64,000 bases of DNA from Acidimicrobiales bacterium (GTDB lineage: Bacteria; Actinomycetota; Acidimicrobiia; Acidimicrobiales; SZUA-35): assembly GCA_965263455.1 (NCBI GenBank), contig CBDHHN010000001.1:355492-419491 (forward strand), given 5' to 3'. Within the stretch, counting starts at the first letter, position 1. Every line of letters starts with the position of its first letter. Below the pieces are notes generated by a model that worked only from the letters and a program-made list of their open reading frames with translations, ran no database searches and was not told the origin of the DNA. A program made the position numbers and the translations under genes. Positions 56,028 to 64,000 of this stretch are shown here, one piece after another.

Positions 56028-56648
56028 TCAGGCCGACCAGGCCTCGATCTGGAGTCGCAGCCCGTCGGCCATGCTCTCCAGCTCCTCGGGGGCGGCACCG
56101 CTGCGGGCGGCGATGCACAGGCCCATGGCCGAGGCCAGGACCAGGTCGGCCCGGGCCCGGGCCCTACCGGGATCGACGCGGGCGAGCACGTCGGTGAACA
56201 CGGTCCGCAGCCGCTGCCGGTAGGCCTCGGCCCGCGCCACCATCCCGGCGTCGCCGCCGGTATCGGCGGCGGCGGCGTTGAGCAGAAGGCACCCCCGTCC
56301 CCCGTCGGCGGCCGCCCAGCGAACCAGGCCGTCGACGAAGCCGCGGAGCGGTTCCAGTTCTCGGCCCGTGTCGCCGTCGGCCGTTCCGCCCGGAGCGGTT
56401 CCGTCCATCGGGGCCACCAACGCCTCGTCGATCTGCTCCAGGTACCGGTCGAGGGCGGCCGAGAGGAGCTTCGCCTTGGAACCGAAGGCGTTGTACAGAC
56501 TCGACTGGGTCAGGCCCAGTTCCGACTCCAGGAGACGCATGGTCGTTCCGGCCGGCCCGGACCGCCACAGGATCTCGACCGTCCGGTCGATGACGTCGTT
56601 CTCGTCGAAGGTTCGCGGGCGACCGACCTGCGCCGCCGATTCGGCCAT
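56028..56648 (-). CDS. TetR/AcrR-family transcriptional regulator
   Basis: N-terminal HTH TTMRLLESELGLTQSSLYNAFGSK. Confidence 0.85.
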   Translation of the reverse strand: MAESAAQVGRPRTFDENDVIDRTVEILWRSGPAGTTMRLLESELGLTQSSLYNAFGSKAKLLSAALDRYLEQIDEALVAPMDGTAPGGTADGDTGRELEPLRGFVDGLVRWAAADGGRGCLLLNAAAADTGGDAGMVARAEAYRQRLRTVFTDVLARVDPGRARARADLVLASAMGLCIAARSGAAPEELESMADGLRLQIEAWSA

Positions 56649-56709
56649 CCGGCCACGGTAGCGCGACCGGTGGTGTCCGAGCGGGCCGCGGCGCGATAGC
56701 GATGCGGGA

Positions 56710-57564
56710 TCAGGCCCGGGATCCGGTGGCGGCGCCGGCGCTCGGGTCCAGTTCGTAGCTGGCCACGGTGCAGCTCACGGCGAAGATGGGAATGGGCTGG
56801 CAGAAGGCGACGGTGCCGGTCGCTCCTCCGGCGGCGGCGCTGACGGTGAGGAAGGTCCGGATCTCGAACCCGCCCTGACCGGCGTCGGCGTAGACCGTGA
56901 GGTCGTCGTAGTCGAGGAGGGCGTCACGGTCGTTGCGACACCAGCGATCGAGGAAGTCCCGGTCCCAGGCCTCGTTGATCTTCCCCGAATCGGGGGTGGC
57001 GGGCCAGTGGGAGATGCCACCGGTGCCGACCAGGGCGATCCGCTCCGGGGCGGCGTCGGCCGCCCGGCGCAGGGCCTCGCCCAGGGCCCAGGCCCGGTGC
57101 AGCGGCACCAGCGGCGGCCCCTGGCAGTTGATGTTGACCGGGATGATCGGCAGGTCGAAGCGAGGGGTGAGGAAGTGCAGGGGCACGGCGATCCCATGGT
57201 CACAGCGCCACTCCTCGGCGTAGGCGACGTCGACGGTCTGCATCACCTCGGAGATGAGACGCCGGGACAGGTCCTTGTGACCCGGAGCCCGAAACCGGTC
57301 GATCCCGAGCCAGGCCGGATCCTCTATCGGGCCGTCGTAGTGGTCGGCCATGCCGATGGCGAAGCTCGGCATGTTGTCCATGAAGAAGTTGGCGAAGTGC
57401 TCGGCCGCCACCACGATGAGCGCCTCCGCCCCGGACTCCTCGATGTCGACTCGCATGTCGTCGAAGGCCCGGTAGAAGGCGTCGCGGACCTCCGGGTCGG
57501 CCTGGTCGGCCCGGCCGGTGATGCCGGGGGCGTGGCTGCAGACGCCGGCGTAGACGAGGCTCAT
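56710..57564 (-). CDS. Class III extradiol ring-cleavage dioxygenase, catalytic (LigB/CarBb-type) subunit
   Basis: ATG 57564 overlaps the small-subunit stop (ATGA). 284 aa. VCSHAPGI, AAEHFANFF, DHGIAVPL, GGISHWP. The upstream 557 codons of the track ORF are shadow. Confidence 0.85.
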   Translation of the reverse strand: MSLVYAGVCSHAPGITGRADQADPEVRDAFYRAFDDMRVDIEESGAEALIVVAAEHFANFFMDNMPSFAIGMADHYDGPIEDPAWLGIDRFRAPGHKDLSRRLISEVMQTVDVAYAEEWRCDHGIAVPLHFLTPRFDLPIIPVNINCQGPPLVPLHRAWALGEALRRAADAAPERIALVGTGGISHWPATPDSGKINEAWDRDFLDRWCRNDRDALLDYDDLTVYADAGQGGFEIRTFLTVSAAAGGATGTVAFCQPIPIFAVSCTVASYELDPSAGAATGSRA

Positions 57565-58010
57565 GAGGTGGCTCCCGTGGTCGAGGGGTCGGTTCGGTCG
57601 GGCGTCGCGGCCCGGCCCTGGGGGTCGGTCGAGGGCGAGCCCTGGTTGCCGCCTGCTTGGGCGGCAAGGGATTCCTGACCCAACTGGGCGGCGTGGGCGT
57701 CGACGCCCTCGTAGCCGGTCATGGCGTAGACGCCCTCCCGCACCGGTCCGTGTTCCTCGATGCCGTCCCGCATGAGCTGGAGATAGTCGGCCCAGGCGAT
57801 GCCATGGTGGGCGGCGAAGTGCATCAGGATCTGGCCGTTGACCCCGAGGTGGAACAACAGGCCGATGTCGGGCCCGAGGAGGGCATCGATCTCGGTCCCC
57901 GTCAGCTCGTAGCCGTCGAGGGCGCCCTGCGGGTCCCGGGCGTAGTGGGCCTGGACGGCCGGATCCCGATTGAGCTGATAGAGGAACTTCTGGACGTAGT
58001 ACAGGCTCAT
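57561..58010 (-). CDS. Extradiol dioxygenase small (LigA/CarBa-type) subunit with low-complexity C-terminal tail
   Basis: YYVQKFLYQLNRDPAVQAHYARDP...YELTGTEIDALL fits the LigA-like small subunit. GGGAGTGGAG RBS upstream. Confidence 0.75.
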   Translation of the reverse strand: MSLYYVQKFLYQLNRDPAVQAHYARDPQGALDGYELTGTEIDALLGPDIGLLFHLGVNGQILMHFAAHHGIAWADYLQLMRDGIEEHGPVREGVYAMTGYEGVDAHAAQLGQESLAAQAGGNQGSPSTDPQGRAATPDRTDPSTTGATS

Positions 58011-58022
58011 GGCTCCACTCCC

Positions 58023-59450
58023 CTACCAGTCTGCGGCGATGTACTGGGTCTCGCAGAATTCGTAGATCCCCTCGCTCGCCCCTTCCCGCCCGAGGCCCGA
58101 CTGCTTCATCCCCCCGAAGGGGGCGGCCGGATCCGACACCGCGCCCCGATTGACGCCCACCATGCCCGACTCCAACCGCTCCGCCGTGCGCAGGCCCTTG
58201 GCCAGGTCGGCGGTGTAGACGTAGGCGGCCAGACCCATCTCGGTGTCGTTGGCGTGGGCCAGCATGGCGTCGTGGTCGGTGAAGGGGATGACGGGGGCCA
58301 CCGGACCGAAGATCTCCTCCCGGGTGATGGCCGCCGTGGGCTCGACCCGGCCCAGCACGGTCGGCTGGTAGAAGAACCCGGGTCCCTCGACCGCCGAGCC
58401 GCCGGTGGCGACCGTGGCTCCGGCGCCGACCGCGGCACCGACCAGCCCCTCGATCGACTGGATCGCGGCGGGATTGATCATGGGTCCACAGGTCACGCCA
58501 TCGTCGAGGCCGTTGCCGACGATGACGTCGGCCATCGCCTCGGCCAGAGCCTCGGTGAAGTCGGGTGCGATCCCGGCCTCGGCGAAGAACCGGTTGGCGG
58601 CGGTGCAGGTCTCGGCCGAATGCCGCATCTTTGCCACCATTGCGCCCTCGACCGCCGCCTCGAGATCGGCGTCGTCGTAGACGATGAAGGGGGCGTTGCC
58701 CCCGAGTTCCATGGCCACCTTGAGGACCCGGTCGGCGCAGCGTCGCAACAGGATCCGGCCCACCTCGGTCGAGCCGGTGAACGACACCATCCGGGTGGCC
58801 CGATGGTCGACGGCGGCGTCGAACCACGCCCCTGCGGACGAGGTCGGCACCACGTTGACCACCCCGGGAGGTACCCCGGCCTCCTGGAGGAGGTCGGCCA
58901 CCCGGAGCGCGGTCAGCGGCGTCTCGGTCGGGGGCTTGATGACGACGGCGTTGCCGGCGCCGAGGGCCGGCGCAACCTTCCGGGTGATCATGGCGGCCGG
59001 GAAGTTCCAGGGTGTGACCATCACCACCACCCCGACCGGCGGATGGCGGACGATGATGCGGTTGGTCCCGGCGGGAGCGGTCCCGAGCGAACCGTGGATG
59101 CGGACCGCCTCCTCGCTGTTCCAGCGGAAGAACTCGGCGGCGTAGGCCACCTCCCCGCGGGCGTCGACCAGTGGCTTGCCGTGCTCCCGGGTGATCAGCT
59201 CGGCCAGTTCGTCGCCGTGGGCCACCAGGGTGGACCAACAGGCCCGGAGGACCTCGGCCCGCTCCCGGGGCGGCGTGGCCGCCCAGCCGGGCTGAGCGGC
59301 GGCCGCGGCGTCGACGGCGGCGGTGGCGTCGGCGGGGGTCCCGGCCGCCACCGTGGTCAGCTCGGCGCCGGTGGCGGGATCGATCACGGGGATGCGATCG
59401 CCGTCGGCGCCGTCGCGCCAGGCTCCGCCGATCAGGATCTGGTCTGGCAC
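58023..59450 (-). CDS. NAD(P)-dependent aldehyde dehydrogenase (GabD/semialdehyde dehydrogenase-like)
   Basis: GTG 59450 is the only plausible in-frame start (475 aa). VTPWNFP, FTGSTEVG, ELGGNAP, ETCTAANR (Cys), EEIFGPV. Confidence 0.85.
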   Translation of the reverse strand: MPDQILIGGAWRDGADGDRIPVIDPATGAELTTVAAGTPADATAAVDAAAAAQPGWAATPPRERAEVLRACWSTLVAHGDELAELITREHGKPLVDARGEVAYAAEFFRWNSEEAVRIHGSLGTAPAGTNRIIVRHPPVGVVVMVTPWNFPAAMITRKVAPALGAGNAVVIKPPTETPLTALRVADLLQEAGVPPGVVNVVPTSSAGAWFDAAVDHRATRMVSFTGSTEVGRILLRRCADRVLKVAMELGGNAPFIVYDDADLEAAVEGAMVAKMRHSAETCTAANRFFAEAGIAPDFTEALAEAMADVIVGNGLDDGVTCGPMINPAAIQSIEGLVGAAVGAGATVATGGSAVEGPGFFYQPTVLGRVEPTAAITREEIFGPVAPVIPFTDHDAMLAHANDTEMGLAAYVYTADLAKGLRTAERLESGMVGVNRGAVSDPAAPFGGMKQSGLGREGASEGIYEFCETQYIAADW

Positions 59451-59467
59451 GTCATGCTCCGGGGTCG

Positions 59468-59497
59468 GCTCGGGGGTCGAGATCGGATCCCCCGAGC
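59468..59497. promoter_or_regulatory. Inverted repeat, 9-bp perfect arms (GCTCGGGGG-N12-CCCCCGAGC), in the divergent promoter region of the meta-cleavage cluster
   Basis: Read directly. 18 nt upstream of the aldehyde dehydrogenase start and ~70 nt upstream of the hydratase start. Confidence 0.4.
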
Positions 59498-59569
59498 ATG
59501 GACCACGACGGGCGCCGGGGCCAGCGCTGGCGGCCACGGCCCCGGACTGGGTAGACAGGGGAGGTGACC

Positions 59570-60373
59570 ATGCTGAGCGAGGACCAGGTTCGGGCCGAGG
59601 CCGAGCTGCTGGACCAGGCCGAGACGACGGCGACCCAGATCCGCCAGACCACGGCCGTCCATCCCGAGGCCACCATCGACGACGCCTACCGGATCCAGGC
59701 CGCATGGCTCGAACGCAAGCTGGCCCGGGGTCAGACGCTGGTCGGGCACAAGATCGGACTCACGTCCCGGGCCATGCAGGCGGCGATGAACATCGACACC
59801 CCCGATTCGGGCTTCCTGACCGGGGACATGGTCTTCGAGCCCGGGGCCACCCTGTCGGCGGGCCGGTTCTGCGACCCCAAGGTGGAGATCGAACTGGCCT
59901 TCGTCCTGGCCACCGACCTGGCCGGGGCCGACCTGTCGGTCGACGACGTCCTCGACGCCACCGACCACGTCGTGCCCGCCGTCGAACTGATCGCCGCCCG
60001 GTCCCATCGCCGCGATCCCCGAACCGGCCGGACCCGCACCGTGGTCGACACCATCGCCGACAACGCGGCCGATGCCGGGATCGTGTGCGGGGGGCGGGCT
60101 GTCGGGCCGCGCCAGGTCGACCTCCGTTGGATCGGGGCCCTGGGGTGGCGCAACGGCGTCGTCGAGGAGACGGGTCTGGCCGCCGGGGTGCTGGGCCACC
60201 CGGCCCGGGGCATCGTGTGGCTGGCCCGTCGCTACGCCGAGCAGGGCCTGACCCTGGCCGCGGGCCAGACCATCCTGGCCGGCTCCTTCACCCGCCCCAT
60301 CGACGTCGGCCCGGGCGACGAGTTCCGGTTCGACTACGGCGAGCTCGGGTCGTTCGAGCTGGCGTTCGACTGA
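59570..60373 (+). CDS. 2-keto-4-pentenoate (2-oxopent-4-enoate) hydratase family protein (MhpD/XylJ/HpcG-like)
   Basis: ATG 59570 six nt after AGGGGAGG (GTG 59564 possible). AYRIQAAW, GHKIGLTS, VEIELAFVL, ILAGSFT. Confidence 0.85.
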   Translation: MLSEDQVRAEAELLDQAETTATQIRQTTAVHPEATIDDAYRIQAAWLERKLARGQTLVGHKIGLTSRAMQAAMNIDTPDSGFLTGDMVFEPGATLSAGRFCDPKVEIELAFVLATDLAGADLSVDDVLDATDHVVPAVELIAARSHRRDPRTGRTRTVVDTIADNAADAGIVCGGRAVGPRQVDLRWIGALGWRNGVVEETGLAAGVLGHPARGIVWLARRYAEQGLTLAAGQTILAGSFTRPIDVGPGDEFRFDYGELGSFELAFD

Positions 60374-60407
60374 GCACGACACGGCGCGAGGCAGGAGGCT
60401 GGGAACC

Positions 60408-61700
60408 ATGACCGAGACCGAACGCAGTTATCACCAGGAGCGGGAGGCGGCGCCCCCGCCGCCGGCGGGTTGCCCGGTGCACCAGAGCTGGAGTCCGCTC
60501 GACGACGAGTACCTGGCCGACCCCTACGCCATCGCCGCTGCTCTCCGCGACGAGCACGGCATCTTCTACGCCCAGTCGCTCGGGTACCTGGTGGTGACCG
60601 GGATGGAGGAGATGGAGGCCATCTTCACCGACCACGAGACCTTCGCCTCCGTCAACGTCCAGGACCCGGTCTTCCCGCTGGCCCCCGAGGCCCAGGCCGT
60701 GCTGTCGGCCGAGGACTTCGACCCGGTGGCGGTGATGTCCAACCGGCCCGAACCCGACCACGGGCGCATCCGGGTCCACACCAGGGCCGGGTTCTCCAAC
60801 CGCCGCATCAAGACCCTGGAGCCCTACATCCGCCGCCGCAGTCGGGAGCTGATCGAGGCGATGCTGGCGGCGGGCCCTCCGGCCGAGTTCGTCGACGCCC
60901 TCGCCTTCCCCCTCCCAGGCGAGACCGTGTTCCGGTTCATCGGGTTCCCCGAGGGCGACGACGAGTTGCTCAAGGGCTGGTGCGGTGACCGCAAGGCCTT
61001 CTCCTGGGGCCGTCCAACGGCGGACCAACAGGCCGAGATCGCCGAGCAGATGCTGGCCTACTGGCGGTACTGCCGGGACTTCACCGCCTCCAAGCGGGAA
61101 CGACGGGGCGACGACCTGGCCTCGGAGCTCATCACGGCCCAGGAAGACCACCCGGACGATCTGACCTACCGGGAGGTCGAGTCCATCGTCTACGGCCTGT
61201 CGTTCGCCGGCCACGAGGCGGTGACGGCCCTGATCTGCAACACCCTCCAGTGTCTGTTGCCGAGGCGGGAGGTGTGGGCCGAGGTCTGCGCCGACCCTTT
61301 GCTGATCCCCAATGCGGTCGAGGAGGTGCTGCGGTTCAACTCCAGCCAGATCTCGTGGCGGCGGGTGACCACGGTCGACACCACCGTCGGGCCCTACGAG
61401 GTCCCGGCGGGGACCTCCATCTTCCTGAACTTCGCCTCGGCCAACCGCCAACCCGACCTGTTCGACCGACCGGACGAGTTCGATATCCACCGGCCCAACG
61501 CCAACCGGCACATCTCGTTCGGCAAGGGCGTCCACTACTGCCTGGGGGCCAAGTTCGCCAAGGTCGAGACCCAGCTGGTGATCGAGGCCTTGGCCGAGCG
61601 GGTGCCGTCGTTGCGCCTGGTCCCCGATCAGGACGTCACCTACTTCCCCAACATCACCTTCCGGGGGCCGACCGAACTCCGGGTGACCTGGGACCACTGA
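60408..61700 (+). CDS. Cytochrome P450
   Basis: ExxR (EEVLRF), heme loop FGKGVHYCLGAKFA, I-helix GLSFAGHEAVT. Confidence 0.9.
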   Translation: MTETERSYHQEREAAPPPPAGCPVHQSWSPLDDEYLADPYAIAAALRDEHGIFYAQSLGYLVVTGMEEMEAIFTDHETFASVNVQDPVFPLAPEAQAVLSAEDFDPVAVMSNRPEPDHGRIRVHTRAGFSNRRIKTLEPYIRRRSRELIEAMLAAGPPAEFVDALAFPLPGETVFRFIGFPEGDDELLKGWCGDRKAFSWGRPTADQQAEIAEQMLAYWRYCRDFTASKRERRGDDLASELITAQEDHPDDLTYREVESIVYGLSFAGHEAVTALICNTLQCLLPRREVWAEVCADPLLIPNAVEEVLRFNSSQISWRRVTTVDTTVGPYEVPAGTSIFLNFASANRQPDLFDRPDEFDIHRPNANRHISFGKGVHYCLGAKFAKVETQLVIEALAERVPSLRLVPDQDVTYFPNITFRGPTELRVTWDH

Positions 61701-61736
61701 CCATCGAAGGTGGCCAAGGCCGCCGGTGACCGGGGT

Positions 61737-63713
61737 TCAGCCGCCGTGCTCGGCGGCCCAGGAGACGTACGGGTCGAGGGCGGCCGGGTCGACCAGGGCG
61801 CCGGCCGAGGCCGCCCGCTCCACGGCCGCGCCCCGCAGGATGCGCTTGATCGGGACCTCCAGCTTCTTGCCCGACAGGGTCCGGGGCACCGCCGGCATCG
61901 TGACGATCTCGTCGGGACCGTGGCGGGGTGACAGCTGATGGCGGAGCGACGCCACCAGCCGGGCCCGTACCTCGTCGTCGACGATGTGGCCGTCGGCCGC
62001 CACCACGAACAGGATGAGGCGGCCCAGCCCGCCGTCGTCGTCCTCGAGATGGACGACGACGGAGTCGGCGATCGCCGGGTCGTCCTCGACCACGGTGTAG
62101 AAGTCGGCCGTGCCCAGACGGACCCCACCCCGGTTGAGGGTTGCATCGGAGCGGCCGCTGATGACGCACGATCCGTCCTCGTCGATGGTCACCCAGTCGC
62201 CGTGGCGCCACACCCCCGGGTAGCTGTCGAAGTAGGTGTCCCGGTAGCGGGACCCATCCTCGTCGCCCCACAGCCCGACCGGCATCGAGGGCAGGGGCAG
62301 CGTCAACACCAACTCCCCCTCCTGGCCGATGACGGGTCTGCCGTCGGGGCCGAAGGCCTCGACCCTGCACCCCAGCAGCCGGCAGGGGATCACCCCGGCC
62401 CGCACCGGGACCACGGGGGCGCCCCCCACGAAGGCGGTGCACACGTCGGTCCCACCCGAGATGCTGGCCACCGGCACGTCGCCCACGGCCTCGGCCACCC
62501 ACCGGAATCCGGCCGCCGGCAACGGCGCCCCCGTCGAGCCGACACCGCGCAGGCGGGAGAGGTCGTGCTCGGCGCCGGGGCGGAGGCCGGCGTCCCGGCA
62601 GGCCACCAGGAAGGGGGCCGACATCCCGGCCCACGTGGTGTCGGTGCGGGCCACCAACGACCACAGGGTGTCGAGGTCGGGGTGGCCGGGATTGCCGTCG
62701 AACAGCACGATCGAGGAGCCGACCAGCAGGCCCGAGATCACGAAGTTCCACATCATCCAGCCCGTGGTCGAGAACCAGAAGAACCGGTCGCCCGGACCCA
62801 GGTCGAAGTGGAGGGCCAGGGCCTTGCCGTGCTCCAGCAACACCCCGCCGTGACCGTGGACGATCGGCTTGGGCAGCCCGGTGGTCCCCGACGAGTAGAG
62901 CACGTAGAGCGGATGATCGAAGGGCACGGCCTCGAACGTCAGCGGTTCGTCGGTGGGGGCCGCCACCTCGGTCCACGGCACGGCCCCGGAGACTGCGGCC
63001 ACCAGGCCGGGCCCGCCGCCCCGGTGATCGAGCACCACGGTGTGGTTCACCGAGGGGAGGCTGTCGACAATGGCCATCACCTCCCCTCGCCGGGCGATCT
63101 CCTTGTCGCCGAAGCGGTAGCCGTCGACCACCAGCAGGACCGTGGGCTCGATCTGGGAGAAGCGGTCGATGACCGATCGGGTCCCGAACTCGGGGGCGCA
63201 CGAGGACCACACCGCCCCGAGGGCGGCGGTGGCCAGGAAGGCGGCCAGGGTCTCGTTGCTGTTGGGGAGATAGGCGGCCACCCGGTCGCCTCGGCCCACG
63301 CCCAGGCGCCGCAGCCCGACGGCCAGGCGGCGGACTTCGTCCCGGAGGTCGGCCAGGGTCCACACCAGGGGGTCACGGCCCTGGGACTCGCCGATCACGG
63401 CCACCTCGTCGTCGGCCAGGCCGTTGCCCCGCAGCATGTGGTGGGCGTAGTTCAGGGTGGCTCCCTCGAACCATCGGGTGCCCGGCATCGATCGGTCGGC
63501 CAGCACCGAGGTCGGCGGGCTCGCGGCCTCGACCCGCAGCTCGTCCCACACCGCCTGCCAGAAGGCGGCCGGTTCGTCCACCGACCATTGCCACAGCGCC
63601 TGGTAGTCGCCCACCGCCTCCGGCCGGGCCCGCCGGGCGAAGGCACCGAGGCGGCTCCGGTCCCAGGCGTCGTCGTCGGGCCGCCAGATGATCTCCGCAT
63701 CGAGGTTGGTCAC
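61737..63713 (-). CDS. Acetoacetate--CoA ligase (acetoacetyl-CoA synthetase) family AMP-forming enzyme
   Basis: GTG 63713 (658 aa). N-terminal IIWRPDDDAW...FWQAVWDEL, YSSGTTGLPKPIVHGHGG, typical acetoacetyl-CoA synthetase length and pattern. Confidence 0.85.
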   Translation of the reverse strand: MTNLDAEIIWRPDDDAWDRSRLGAFARRARPEAVGDYQALWQWSVDEPAAFWQAVWDELRVEAASPPTSVLADRSMPGTRWFEGATLNYAHHMLRGNGLADDEVAVIGESQGRDPLVWTLADLRDEVRRLAVGLRRLGVGRGDRVAAYLPNSNETLAAFLATAALGAVWSSCAPEFGTRSVIDRFSQIEPTVLLVVDGYRFGDKEIARRGEVMAIVDSLPSVNHTVVLDHRGGGPGLVAAVSGAVPWTEVAAPTDEPLTFEAVPFDHPLYVLYSSGTTGLPKPIVHGHGGVLLEHGKALALHFDLGPGDRFFWFSTTGWMMWNFVISGLLVGSSIVLFDGNPGHPDLDTLWSLVARTDTTWAGMSAPFLVACRDAGLRPGAEHDLSRLRGVGSTGAPLPAAGFRWVAEAVGDVPVASISGGTDVCTAFVGGAPVVPVRAGVIPCRLLGCRVEAFGPDGRPVIGQEGELVLTLPLPSMPVGLWGDEDGSRYRDTYFDSYPGVWRHGDWVTIDEDGSCVISGRSDATLNRGGVRLGTADFYTVVEDDPAIADSVVVHLEDDDGGLGRLILFVVAADGHIVDDEVRARLVASLRHQLSPRHGPDEIVTMPAVPRTLSGKKLEVPIKRILRGAAVERAASAGALVDPAALDPYVSWAAEHGG

Positions 63714-63834
63714 GGCCCCCTTGCTAGCAGGACGGACCGCCGGCGGCACCCTGGGGCCGGCGCGGTCGCACCCCGGCCACGGGCGAGCAGGCCCGGCTAG
63801 CATCGAACCCGTCAACCACCATGAGGGGACCCCG

Positions 63835-64000
63835 ATGCCCGACCTCGACACCGTCCGCACCTTCCTGGCCTCCGAGACCGGCCTGGCCACGGTCAGTACG
63901 GCCCAGGCCGACGGTCGGGTGCTGTCCAGCGTGGTCAACTGCGGGATCGTCGACCATCCGGTGACCGGCGAACCCCGGGTCGGCCTGGTGTCGATGGGGC
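63835..64000 (+). CDS. PPOX-class probable F420-dependent enzyme, N-terminal fragment (continues past window)
   Basis: ATG 63835 preceded by GAGGGGA. MPDLDTVRTFLASETGLATVSTAQADGRVLSSVVNCGIVDHPVTGEP... resembles the N-termini of F420-type PPOX proteins. Only 55 codons are visible. Confidence 0.5.
   Translation, partial: MPDLDTVRTFLASETGLATVSTAQADGRVLSSVVNCGIVDHPVTGEPRVGLVSMG

Noticed and set aside
57565-59238. Upstream 557 codons of the 842-aa minus ORF 56710-59238, and the 636-aa plus ORF 57657-59567
   Set aside because: Both overlap the LigA-like and ALDH genes in other frames, are Arg/Gly/Pro-rich, and have no domain signatures.
61654-63800. 569-aa minus and 620-aa plus ORFs overlapping the acetoacetyl-CoA synthetase gene
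   Set aside because: Shadow frames. The 61737-63713 frame carries the AMP-binding signature YSSGTTGLPK and a family-typical N-terminus.
1-64000. Genomic island, prophage or defence-system interpretation of the window
   Set aside because: I found no integrase, transposase, tRNA attachment site, phage structural genes, restriction-modification genes, toxin-antitoxin pairs or nuclease/ATPase defence signatures. Base composition looks uniform throughout.

Overview
Very GC-rich, densely coding actinobacterial-type chromosome segment. Evidence for that call: frequent GTG starts, many 4-nt GTGA/ATGA stop-start overlaps, and many F420/LLM/PPOX and acyl-CoA enzymes. I support about 55 protein genes. 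I saw no rRNA, tRNA, CRISPR array, transposase or integrase. GC content was not computed. All family calls come from reading motifs in the translations, not from database searches.

1-16.3 kb (accessory-looking):
- The tail of an NRPS (A-PCP-TE) whose TE nucleophile is Cys rather than Ser, translationally coupled to a diaminobutyrate aminotransferase.
- Then a compact, convergently arranged cell-envelope glycan locus.
- Plus strand: Gfo/Idh/MocA sugar oxidoreductase, PglC-type phosphoglycosyltransferase, FemAB/CelD-like GNAT, DegT aminotransferase, beta-helix lipoprotein.
- Minus strand: membrane-anchored beta-helix paralog, Wzz-like co-polymerase, a 1060-aa MurJ-type flippase fused to a Wzy/O-antigen-ligase-like domain, and a fused Alg14-Alg13 glycosyltransferase.

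16.3-64 kb (catabolic/redox neighbourhood):
- three crotonases and two LLM oxidoreductases
- a rhodanese coupled to a cytoplasmic Mo-bisMGD oxidoreductase
- a Baeyer-Villiger monooxygenase::esterase fusion
- an Opp/Dpp-type ABC importer whose binding-protein gene is frameshifted inside a hexanucleotide repeat
- an AceE-like E1 gene divergent from a DtxR-family regulator
- an acyl-CoA dehydrogenase/AMACR/SDR/P450 block
- a LigAB-type extradiol meta-cleavage cluster with a P450 and acetoacetyl-CoA synthetase

The best candidate for something undescribed is the glycan system built around the flippase-polymerase fusion. It is a hypothesis from domain reading only.
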